Assembly: GCA_964016885.1 (NCBI GenBank)
Contig: CAXHJY010000105.1
Location: 1 to 64,000, forward strand
Source: Eledone cirrhosa
Taxonomy: Eukaryota
Reading direction: 5' to 3'
DNA length: 64,000 bases
Part shown: positions 1-11,300 of the stretch, piece by piece
Layout of the letters: each line of letters starts with the position of its first letter
Numbering within the stretch: the first letter of the stretch is position 1
Notes under the pieces: model-generated
Database searches by the model: none
What the model saw: the letters and a program-made list of their open reading frames with translations, nothing else
Told to the model about the DNA's origin: nothing
Program-made: the position numbers and the translations under genes

Positions 1-1400
1 TCTCTCTCCCTCCATCTCTCGTTCTCTCACTCTTTCTCTCTCTCCCTCCATCTCTCGTTCTCTCACTCTTTCTCTCTCTCCCTCCATCTCTCGTTCTCTC
101 GCTCTTTCTTTCTCTACCTCCATATCTCGTTCTCTCACTCTTTCTCTCTCTCCCACCATCTCTCGTTCTCTCACTTTTTCTCTCTCTCCCTCCCTCTCTC
201 GTTCTCTCACTCTTTCTCTCTCTCCCTCCATCTCTCGTTCTCTCACTCTTTCTCTCTCTGCCTCCATCTCTCGTTCTTTCACTCTTTCTCTCTCTCCCTC
301 CATCTCTCTTTCTCTCTCTCCATCTCTCGTTCTCTCACTCTTTCTCTCTCTCCCTCCATCTCTCTTTCTCTCCCTCCATCTCTCGTTCACTCGCTCTTTC
401 TTTCTCTCTCTCCATCTCTCGTTCTCTCACTCTTTCTCTCTCTCCCTCCATCTCTCGTTCTCTCCCTCTTTCTCTCTCTCCCTCCATCTCTCGTTCTCTC
501 ACTCTTTCTCTCTCTCCCAGCATCTCTCGTTCTCTCACTCTTTCTCTCTCTCCCTCCATCTCTCGTTCTCTCACTCTTTCTTTCTCTCTCCATCTCTCGT
601 TCTCTCCCTCCATCTCTCGTTCTCTCGCTCTTTCTTTCTCTCTCTCCATCTCTCGTTCTCTCGCTCTTTCTTTCTCTCTCTCTATCTCTTGTTCTCTCAC
701 TCTTTCTCTCTCTCCCTCCATCTCTCGTTCTCTCTCTCTTTCTCTCTCTCTCGCTCCATCTCTCGTTCTCTCACTCTTTCCTTCTCTCCCTCCATCTCTC
801 GTTCTCTCACTCTTTCTCTCTCTCCCTCCATCTCTCGTTCTCTCCCTCTTTCTCTCTCTCCCTCCATCTCTCGTCCTCTCACTCTTTCTCTCTCTCCCAC
901 CATCTCTCGTTCTCTCACTCTTTCTCTCTCTCCCTCCATCTCTCGTTCTCTCACTCTTTCTTTCTCTCTCCATCTCTCGTTCTCTCCCTCCATCTCTCGT
1001 TCTCTCGCTCTTTCTTTCTCTCTCTCCATCTCTCGTTCTCTCGCTCTTTCTTTCTCTCTCTCCATCTCTTGTTCTCTCACTCTTTCTCTCTCTCGCTCCA
1101 TCTCTCGTTCTCTCACTCTTTCCTTCTCTCCCTCCATCTCTCGTTCTCTCACTCTTTCTCTCTCTCCACCATCTCTCGTTCTCTCACTCTTTCTCTCTCT
1201 CCCTCCATCTCTCGTTCTCTCACTCTTTCTCTCTCTCCCTCCATCTCTCCTTCTCTTGCTATTTCTTTCTCTCCCTCCATCTCTCGTTCTCTCACTCTTT
1301 CTTTCTCTCCCTCCATCTCTCGTTCTCTCACTCTTTCTCTCTCTCCCTCCATCTCTCGTTCTCTCGCTATTTCTTTCTCTCTCTCCATCTCTCGTTCTCT
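1..1400. repeat. Polypyrimidine (CT-rich) minisatellite, ~36-bp unit CCCTCCATCTCTCGTTCTCTCACTCTTTCTCTCTCT; open at the left window edge
   Basis: CCATCT recurs at 12, 48, 84 (36-bp spacing), with some units shorter through (CT)n slippage. The + strand is almost entirely C/T. A unit length divisible by 3 explains the REREMEGERERV / SLSPSISRSLTL ORFs. Confidence 0.95.
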
Positions 1401-1470
1401 TTCTTTCCTTCTACCTTTTTCACTCTGTATGACGCACTTTTTCTCTCTCTCTCACTCTCTCTCTACATCA

Positions 1471-1495
1471 ATGTATGTACATATGTGCGTGTGTG

Positions 1496-1588
<93 letters not shown>

Positions 1589-1724
1589 TTGTGTATATAT
1601 GTGTGTGTATATATATATGTGTGTGTGTATATATATGTGTGTATATATGTGTGTGTGTGTATATATGTGTGTGTGCATATATATGTATGTGTGTGTATAT
1701 ATATGTGTGTGTGTATATGTATGT
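1471..1724. repeat. Compound (TA)n/(TG)n dinucleotide microsatellite
   Basis: Interleaved runs of TATATA and TGTGTG, nearly continuous purine/pyrimidine alternation over ~250 bp. Confidence 0.97.
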
Positions 1725-1834
1725 CTGACAGGAAGAATAATGTTATCTTTATCTGCTTTTGACATTTTTCCTGTGTTTTGTTTGTTTATGTCTTGCTATA
1801 TTTTTCTAGGACGCCTGTCCATTCCTCTTTGTAC
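1725..1834. other. Short unique T-rich spacer between the microsatellite and the satellite
   Basis: Non-repetitive ~110 bp (ctgacaggaagaataatg...ttcctctttgtac). Apart from ~1400-1470 it is the only unique anchor sequence in the window. Confidence 0.8.
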
Positions 1835-2319
1835 CTCCTTCATTGCACTACTCTACAGGAAGTTACTAACACTCCTTCATTCCACTACTTTACAGGAAGT
1901 TACTAACACTCCTTCATTGCACTACTTTACAGGAAGTTACTAACACTCCTTCATTCCACTACTTTATAGGAAGTTACTAACACTCCTTCATTCCACTACT
2001 TTATAGGAAGTTACTAACACTCCTTCATTGCACTACTCTACAGGAAGTTACTAACACTCCTTCATTCCACTACTCTACAGGAAGTTACTAACACTCCTTC
2101 ATTCCACTACTTTACAGGAAGTTACTAACACTCCTTCATTCCACTACTCTACAGGAAGTTACTAACACTCCTTCATTCCACTACTTTACAGGAAGTTACT
2201 AACACTCCTTCATTCCACTACTCTACAGGAAGTTACTAACACTCCTTCATTCCACTACTCTACAGGAAGTTACTAACACTCCTTCATTCCACTACTTTAC
2301 AGGAAGTTACTAACACTCC

Positions 2320-5300
2320 TTCATTGCACTACTCTACAGGAAGTTACTAACACTCCTTCATTCCATTACTTTATAGGAAGTTACTAACACTCCTTCATTC
2401 CACTACTTTACAGGAAGTTACTAACACTCCTTCATTCCACTACTTTATAGGAAGTTACTAACACTCCTTCATTGCACTACTCTACAGGAAGTTACTAACA
2501 CTCCTTCATTCCACTACTCTACAGGAAGTTACTAACACTCCTTCATTCCACTACTTTACAGGAAGTTACTAACACTCCTTCATTGCACTACTCTACAGGA
2601 AGTTACTAACACTCCTTCATTCCATTACTTTATAGGAAGTTACTAACACTCCTTCATTCCACTACTTTACAGGAAGTTACTAACACTCCTTCATTGCACT
2701 ACTCTACAGGAAGTTACTAACACTCCTTCATTCCATTACTTTATAGGAAGTTACTAACACTCCTTCATTCCACTACTTTACAGGAAGTTACTAACACTCC
2801 TTCATTGCACTACTCTACAGGAAGTTACTAACACTCCTTCATTCCATTACTTTATAGGAAGTTACTAACACTCCTTCATTCCACTACTTTACAGGAAGTT
2901 ACTAACACTCCTTCATTGCACTACTCTACAGGAAGTTACTAACACTCCTTCATTCCATTACTTTATAGGAAGTTACTAACACTCCTTCATTCCACTACTT
3001 TATAGGAAGTTACTAACACTCCTTCATTGCACTACTCTACAGGAAGTTACTAACACTCCTTCATTCCACTACTCTACAGGAAGTTACTAACACTCCTTCA
3101 TTCCACTACTTTACAGGAAGTTACTAACACTCCTTCATTGCACTACTCTACAGGAAGTTACTAACACTCCTTCATTCCATTACTTTATAGGAAGTTACTA
3201 ACACTCCTTCATTCCACTACTTTACAGGAAGTTACTAACACTCCTTCATTGCACTACTCTACAGGAAGTTACTAACACTCCTTCATTCCATTACTTTATA
3301 GGAAGTTACTAACACTCCTTCATTCCACTACTCTACAGGAAGTTACTAACACTCCTTCATTCCACTACTCTACAGGAAGTTACTAACACTCCTTCATTGC
3401 ACTACTCTACAGGAAGTTACTAACACTCCTTCATTGCACTACTCTACAGGAAGTTACTAACACTCCTTCATTCCACTACTTTACAGGAAGTTACTAACAC
3501 TCCTTCATTGCACTACTCTACAGGAAGTTACTAACACTCCTTCATTCCACTACTCTACAGGAAGTTACTAACACTCCTTCATTCCACTACTTTACAGGAA
3601 GTTACTAACACTCCTTCATTCCACTACTTTACAGGAAGTTACTAACACTCCTTCATTGCACTACTCTACAGGAAGTTACTAACACTCCTTCATTCCATTA
3701 CTTTATAGGAAGTTACTAACACTCCTTCATTGCACTACTCTACAGGAAGTTACTAACACTCCTTCATTCCACTACTCTATAGGAAGTTACTAACACTCCT
3801 TCATTGCACTACTCTACAGGAAGTTACTAACACTCCTTCATTCCACTACTTTACAGGAAGTTACTAACACTCCTTCATTGCACTACTCTACAGGAAGTTA
3901 CTAACACTCCTTCATTCCACTACTCTACAGGAAGTTACTAACACTCCTTCATTCCACTACTTTACAGGAAGTTACTAACACTCCTTCATTCCACTACTTT
4001 ACAGGAAGTTACTAACACTCCTTCATTGCACTACTCTACAGGAAGTTACTAACACTCCTTCATTCCATTACTTTATAGGAAGTTACTAACACTCCTTCAT
4101 TCCACTACTTTACAGGAAGTTACTAACACTCCTTCATTGCACTACTCTACAGGAAGTTACTAACACTCCTTCATTCCATTACTTTATAGGAAGTTACTAA
4201 CACTCCTTCATTCCACTACTCTACAGGAAGTTACTAACACTCCTTCATTCCACTACTCTACAGGAAGTTACTAACACTCCTTCATTCCACTACTCTACAG
4301 GAAGTTACTAACACTCCTTCATTCCACTACTTTACAGGAAGTTACTAACACTCCTTCATTGCACTACTCTACAGGAAGTTACTAACACTCCTTCATTCCA
4401 TTACTTTATAGGAAGTTACTAACACTCCTTCATTCCACTACTTTACAGGAAGTTACTAACACTCCTTCATTGCACTACTCTACAGGAAGTTACTAACACT
4501 CCTTCATTCCATTACTTTATAGGAAGTTACTAACACTCCTTCATTCCACTACTTTACAGGAAGTTACTAACACTCCTTCATTGCACTACTCTACAGGAAG
4601 TTACTAACACTCCTTCATTCCATTACTTTATAGGAAGTTACTAACACTCCTTCATTCCACTACTTTACAGGAAGTTACTAACACTCCTTCATTGCACTAC
4701 TCTACAGGAAGTTACTAACACTCCTTCATTCCATTACTTTATAGGAAGTTACTAACACTCCTTCATTCCACTACTTTACAGGAAGTTACTAACACTCCTT
4801 CATTGCACTACTCTACAGGAAGTTACTAACACTCCTTCATTCCATTACTTTATAGGAAGTTACTAACACTCCTTCATTCCACTACTTTACAGGAAGTTAC
4901 TAACACTCCTTCATTGCACTACTCTACAGGAAGTTACTAACACTCCTTCATTCCATTACTTTATAGGAAGTTACTAACACTCCTTCATTCCACTACTTTA
5001 CAGGAAGTTACTAACACTCCTTCATTGCACTACTCTACAGGAAGTTACTAACACTCCTTCATTCCATTACTTTATAGGAAGTTACTAACACTCCTTCATT
5101 CCACTACTTTACAGGAAGTTACTAACACTCCTTCATTGCACTACTCTACAGGAAGTTACTAACACTCCTTCATTCCATTACTTTATAGGAAGTTACTAAC
5201 ACTCCTTCATTCCACTACTTTACAGGAAGTTACTAACACTCCTTCATTGCACTACTCTACAGGAAGTTACTAACACTCCTTCATTCCATTACTTTATAGG

Positions 5301-5380
5301 AAGTTACTAACACTCCTTCATTCCACTACTTTACAGGAAGTTACTAACACTCCTTCATTGCACTACTCTACAGGAAGTTA
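2320..5380 (+). repeat. 111-bp (3-monomer) higher-order repeat domain
   Basis: The variant CCATTACTTTATAG recurs every 111 bp at 2622, 2733, 2844, 2955 and at 4398 through 5286 (9 copies), cycling with GCACTACTCTACAG and CCACTACTTTACAG monomers. Confidence 0.92.
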
Positions 5381-8300
5381 CTAACACTCCTTCATTCCAC
5401 GACTTTATAGGAAGTTACTAACACTCCTTCATTCCACTACTCTACAGGAAGTTACTAACACTCCTTCATTGCACTACTCTACAGGAAGTTACTAACACTC
5501 CTTCATTCCACTACTTTATAGGAAGTTACTAACACTCCTTCATTCCACTACTTTACAGGAAGTTACTAACACTCCTTCATTCCACTACTTTATAGGAAGT
5601 TACTAACACTCCTTCATTCCACTACTTTATAGGAAGTTACTAACACTCCTTCATTCCACTACTTTATAGGAAGTTACTAACACTCCTTCATTCCACTACT
5701 CTATAGGAAGTTACTAACACTCCTTCATTCCACTACTTTATAGGAAGTTACTAACACTCCTTCATTGCACTACTTTATAGGAAGTTACTAACACTCCTTC
5801 ATTCCACTACTCTATAGGAAGTTACTAACACTCCTTCATTCCACTACTTTATAGGAAGTTACTATCACTCCTTCATTCCACTACTTTACAGGAAGTTACT
5901 AACACTCCTTCATTCCACTACGTTATAGGAAGTTACTAACACTCCTTCATTCCACTACTTTATAGGAAGTTACTAACACTCCTTCATTCCACTACTTTAT
6001 AGGAAGGTACTAACACTCCTTCATTCCACTACTTTATAGGAAGTTCTAACACTTCTTCATTCCACTACTCTACAGGAAGTTACTAACACTCCTTCATTCC
6101 ACTACTTTATAGGAAGTTACTAACACTCCTTCATTGCACTACTTTATAGGAAGTTACTAACACTCCTTCATTCCACTACTTTATAGGAAGTTACTAACAC
6201 TCCTTCATTCCACTACTTTACAGGAAGTAACTAACACTCCTTCATTCCACTACTTTACAGGAAGTTACAAACACTCCTTCATTGCACTACTCTACAGGAA
6301 GTTACTATCACTCCTTCATTCCACTACTTTATAGGAAGTTACTAACACTCCTTCATTGCACTACTTTATAGGAAGTTACTAACACTCCTTCATTCCACTA
6401 CTCTACAGGAAGTTACTAACACTCCTTCATTGCACTACTCTACAGGAAGTTACTAACACTCCTTCATTCCACTACTTTACAGGAAGTTACTAACACTCCT
6501 TCATTCCACTACTCTACAGGAAGTTACTAACACTCTTTCATTGCACTACTCTACAGGAAGTTACTAACACTCCTTCATTCCACTACTTTATAGGAAGTTA
6601 CTAACACTCCATCATTCCACTACTTTATAGGAAGTTACTAACACTCCTTCATTCCACTACTTTACAGGAAGTTACTAACACTCCTTCATTCCACTACTCT
6701 ACAGTAAGTTACTAACACTCTTTCATTCCACTACTTTATAGGAAGTTAATAACACTCCTTCATTCCACTACTTTACAGGAAGTTACTAACACTCCTTCAT
6801 TCCACTACTTTACAGGAAGTTACTAACACTCCTTCATTGCACTACTCTACAGGAAGTTACTAACACTCCTTCATTCCACTACTCTACAGGAAGTTACTAA
6901 CACTCCTTCATTCCACTACTTTATAGGAAGTTACTAACACTCCTTCATTCCACTACTCTACAGGAAGTTACTAACACTCCTTCATTCCACTACTTTACAG
7001 AAAGTTACTAACACTCCTTCATTCCACTACTTTACAGGAAGTTACTAACACTCCTTCATTCCACTACTTTATAGGAAGTTACTAACACTCCTTCATTCCA
7101 CTACTTTACAGGAAGTTACTAACACTCCTTCATTGCACTACTCTACAGGAAGTTACTAACACTCATTCATTCCAATACTCTACAGGAAGTTACTAACACT
7201 CCTTCATTCCACTACTTTATAGGAAGTTACTAACACTCCTTCATTCCACTACTCTACAGGAAGTTACTAACACTCCTTCATTCCACTACTTTACAGGAAG
7301 TTACTAACACTCCTTCAATCCACTACTCCACAGGAAGTTACTAACACTCCTTCATTCCACTAATCTATAGGAAGTTACTAACACTCCTTCATTCCACTAC
7401 TTTACAGGAAGTTACTAACACTCCTTCATTCTACTACTTTACAGGAAGTTACAAACACTCCTTCATTGCACTACTCTACAGGAAGTTACTAACACTCCTT
7501 CATTCCACTACTTTATAGGAATTTACTAACACTCCTTCATTCCACTACTTTATAGGAAGTTACTAACACTCCTTCATTCCACTACTTTACAGGAAGTTAC
7601 TAACACTCCTTCATTCCACTACTTTACAGGAAGTTACAAACACTCCTTCATTGCACTACTCTACAGGAAGTTACTAACACTCCTTCATTCCACTACCTTA
7701 TAGGAATTTAATAACACTCCTTCATTCCACTACTTTATAGGAAGTTACTAACACTCCTTCATTCCACTACTTTATAGGAAGTTACTAACACTCCTTCATT
7801 CCACTACTCTACAGGAAGTTACTAACACTCCTTCATTCCACTAATCTATAGGAAGTTACTAACACTCCTTCATTCCACTACTTTACAGGAATTTACTAAC
7901 ACTCCTTCATTCCACTACTCTACAGGAAGTTACTAACACTCCTTCATTCCACTACTGTATAGGAAGTTACTAACACTCCTTCATTGCACTACTCTACAGG
8001 AAGTTACTAACACTCCTTCATTCCACTACTCTACAGGTAGTAATTCTCCTTCATTCCACTACTTTACAGGAAGTTACTAACACTCCTTCATTCCACTACT
8101 TTACAGGAAGTTACAAACACTCCTTCATTGCACTACTCTACAGGAAGTTACTAACACTCCTTCATTCCACTAATTTATAGGAAGTTACTAACACTCCTTC
8201 ATTGCACTACTTTACAGGAAGTTACTAACACTCCTTCATTCCACTAATTTATAGGAAGTTACTAACACTCCTTCATTGCACTACTTTACAGGAAGTTACT

Positions 8301-11300
8301 AACACTCCTTCATTCCACTACTCTACAGGTAGTAATTCTCCTTCATTCCACTACTTTACAGGAAGTTACTAACACTCCTTCATTCCACTACTTTACAGGA
8401 AGTTACAAACACTCCTTCATTGCACTACTCTACAGGAAGTTACTAACACTCCTTCATTCCACTACTTTATAGGAAGTTACTAACACTCCTTCATTCCACT
8501 ACTCTACAGGAAGTTACTAACACTCCTTCATTGCACTACTGTACAGGAAGTTACTAACACTCCTTCATTCCACTACTGTACAGGAAGTTACTAACACTCC
8601 TTCATTCCACTACTTTACAGGAAGTTACAAACACTCCTTCATTGCACTACTCTACAGGAAGTTACTAACACTCCTTCATTCCACTACTTTATAGGAAGTT
8701 ACTAACACTCCTTCATTGCACTACTCTACAGGAAGTTACTAACACTCCTTCATTCCACTACTGTACAGGAAGTTACTAACACTCCTTCATTCCACTACTC
8801 TACAGGAAGTTACTAACACTCCTTCATTCCACTACTTTACAGGAAGTTACTAACACTCCTTCATTCCACTACTTTATAGGAAGTTACTAACACTCCTTCA
8901 TTCCACTAATTTACAGGAAGTTACTAACGCTCCTTCATTCCACTACTTTACAGGTAGTTACTAACACTCCTTCATTCCACTACTTTACAGGAAGTTACTA
9001 ACACTCCTTCTTTCCACTAATTTACAGGAAGTTACTAACACTCCTTCATTCCACTACTTTATAGGAAGTTACTAACACTCCTTCATTCCACTACTTTACA
9101 GGAAGTTACTAACACTCCTTCATTCCACTACTTTACAGGAAGTTACTAACACTCCTTCATTCCACTACTTTACAGGAAGTTACTAACACTCCTTCTTTCC
9201 ACTAATTTACAGGAAGTTACTAACACTCCTTCATTCCACTACTTTACAGGAAGTTACTAACACTCCTTCATTCCACTACTTTATAGGAAGTTACTAACAC
9301 TCCTTCATTCCACTAATTTACAGGAAGTTACTAACACTCCTTCATTCCACTACTCTACAGGAAGTTACTAACACTCCTTCATTCCACTACTTTATAGGAA
9401 GTTACTAACACTCCTTCATTCCACTACTCTACAGGAAGTTACTAACACTCCTTCATTCCACTACTTTACAGGAAGTTACTAACACTCCTTCATTCCACTA
9501 CTTTACAGGTAGTTACTAACACTCCTTCATTCCACTACTTTACAGGAAGTTACTAACACTCCTTCTTTCCACTAATTTACAGGAAGTTACTAACACTCCT
9601 TCATTCCACTACTTTACAGGAAGTTACTAACACTCTTTCATTCCACTACTTTATAGGAAGTTACTAACACTCCTTCATTCCACTACTCTACAGGAAGTTA
9701 CTAACACTCCTTCATTCCACTACTTTACAGGAAGTTACTAACACTCCTTCATTCCACTACTTTACAGGTAGTTACTAACACTCCTTCATTCCACTACTTT
9801 ACAGGAAGTTACTAACACTCCTTCATTCCACTACTTTACAGGAAGTTACTAACACTCCTTCATTCCACTACTTTACAGGAAGTTACTAACACTCCTTCAT
9901 TCCACTACTTTATAGGAAGTTACTAACACTCCTTCATTCCACTACTTTACAGGAAGTTACTAACACTCCTTCATTCCACTACTTTACAGGTAGTTACTAA
10001 CACTCCTTCATTCCACTACTTTACAGGAAGTTACTAACACTCCTTCATTCCACTACTTTATAGGAAGTTACTAACACTCCTTCATTCCACTACTTTACAG
10101 GAAGTTACTAACACTCCTTCATTCCACTACTTTATAGGAAGTTACTAACACTCCTTCATTCCACTACTCTACAGGAAGTTACTAACACTCCTTCATTCCA
10201 CTACTTTACAGGTAGTTACTAACACTCCTTCATTCCACTACTTTATAGGAAGTTACTAACACTCCTTCATTCCACTACTTTATAGGAAGTTACTAACACT
10301 CCTTCATTCCACTACTCTACAGGAAGTTACTAACACTCCTTCATTCCACTACTTTACAGGAAGTTACTAACACTCCTTCATTCCACTACTTTATAGGAAG
10401 TTACTAACACTCCTTCATTCCACTACTTTACAGGAAGTTACTAACACTCCTTCATTCCACTACTCTACAGGAAGTTACTAACACTCCTTCATTCCACTAC
10501 TTTACAGGTAGTTACTAACACTCCTTCATTCCACTACTTTATAGGAAGTTACTAACACTCCTTCATTCCACTACTTTATAGGAAGTTACTAACACTCCTT
10601 CATTCCACTACTCTACAGGAAGTTACTAACACTCCTTCATTCCACTACTTTACAGGAAGTTACTAACACTCCTTCATTCCACTACTCTACAGGAAGTTAC
10701 TAACACTCCTTCATTCCACTACTTTACAGGAAGTTACTAACACTCCTTCATTCCACTACTGTATAGGAAGTTACTAACACTCCTTCATTCCACTAATTTA
10801 CAGGAAGTTACTAACACTCCTTCATTGCACTACTCTACAGGAAGTTACTAACACTCCTTCATTCCACTACTCTACAGGAAGTTACTAACACTCCTTCATT
10901 CCACTACTCTACAGGAAGTTACTAATACTCCTTCATTCCACTACTTTACAGGAAGTTACTAACACTCCTTCATTCCACTACTGTACAGGAAGTTACTAAC
11001 ACTCCTTCATTCCACTACTCTACAGGAAGTTACTAACACTCCTTCATTCCACTACTTTACAGGAAGTTACTAACACTCCTTCATTCCACTACTGTATAGG
11101 AAGTTACTAACACTCCTTCATTCCACTAATTTACAGGAAGTTACTAACACTCCTTCATTGCACTACTCTACAGGAAGTTACTAACACTCCTTCATTCCAC
11201 TACTTTATAGGAAGTTACTAACACTCCTTCATTCCACTAATTTACAGGAAGTTACTAACACTCCTTCATTGCACTACTCTACAGGAAGTTACTAACACTC

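Noticed and set aside
335-1432. ORFs of 68-247 aa on both strands (RE-rich or SL-rich)
   Set aside because: They are translations of a stop-poor 36-bp CT/GA repeat, overlap in many frames and have no domain-like sequence.
1728-1735. ACAGGAAG in the unique flank as a degenerate monomer or target-site remnant
   Set aside because: Only an 8-bp match with no flanking similarity; insufficient support.
1-1900. Common origin of the 36-bp CT unit and the 37-bp satellite
   Set aside because: Similarity is limited to short low-complexity CTCC/CAT words; the similar lengths appear coincidental.
1069-1943. ORFs rich in YI/CV/HT dipeptides
   Set aside because: Artefacts of (TA)/(TG) dinucleotide repeats, which lack stop codons.
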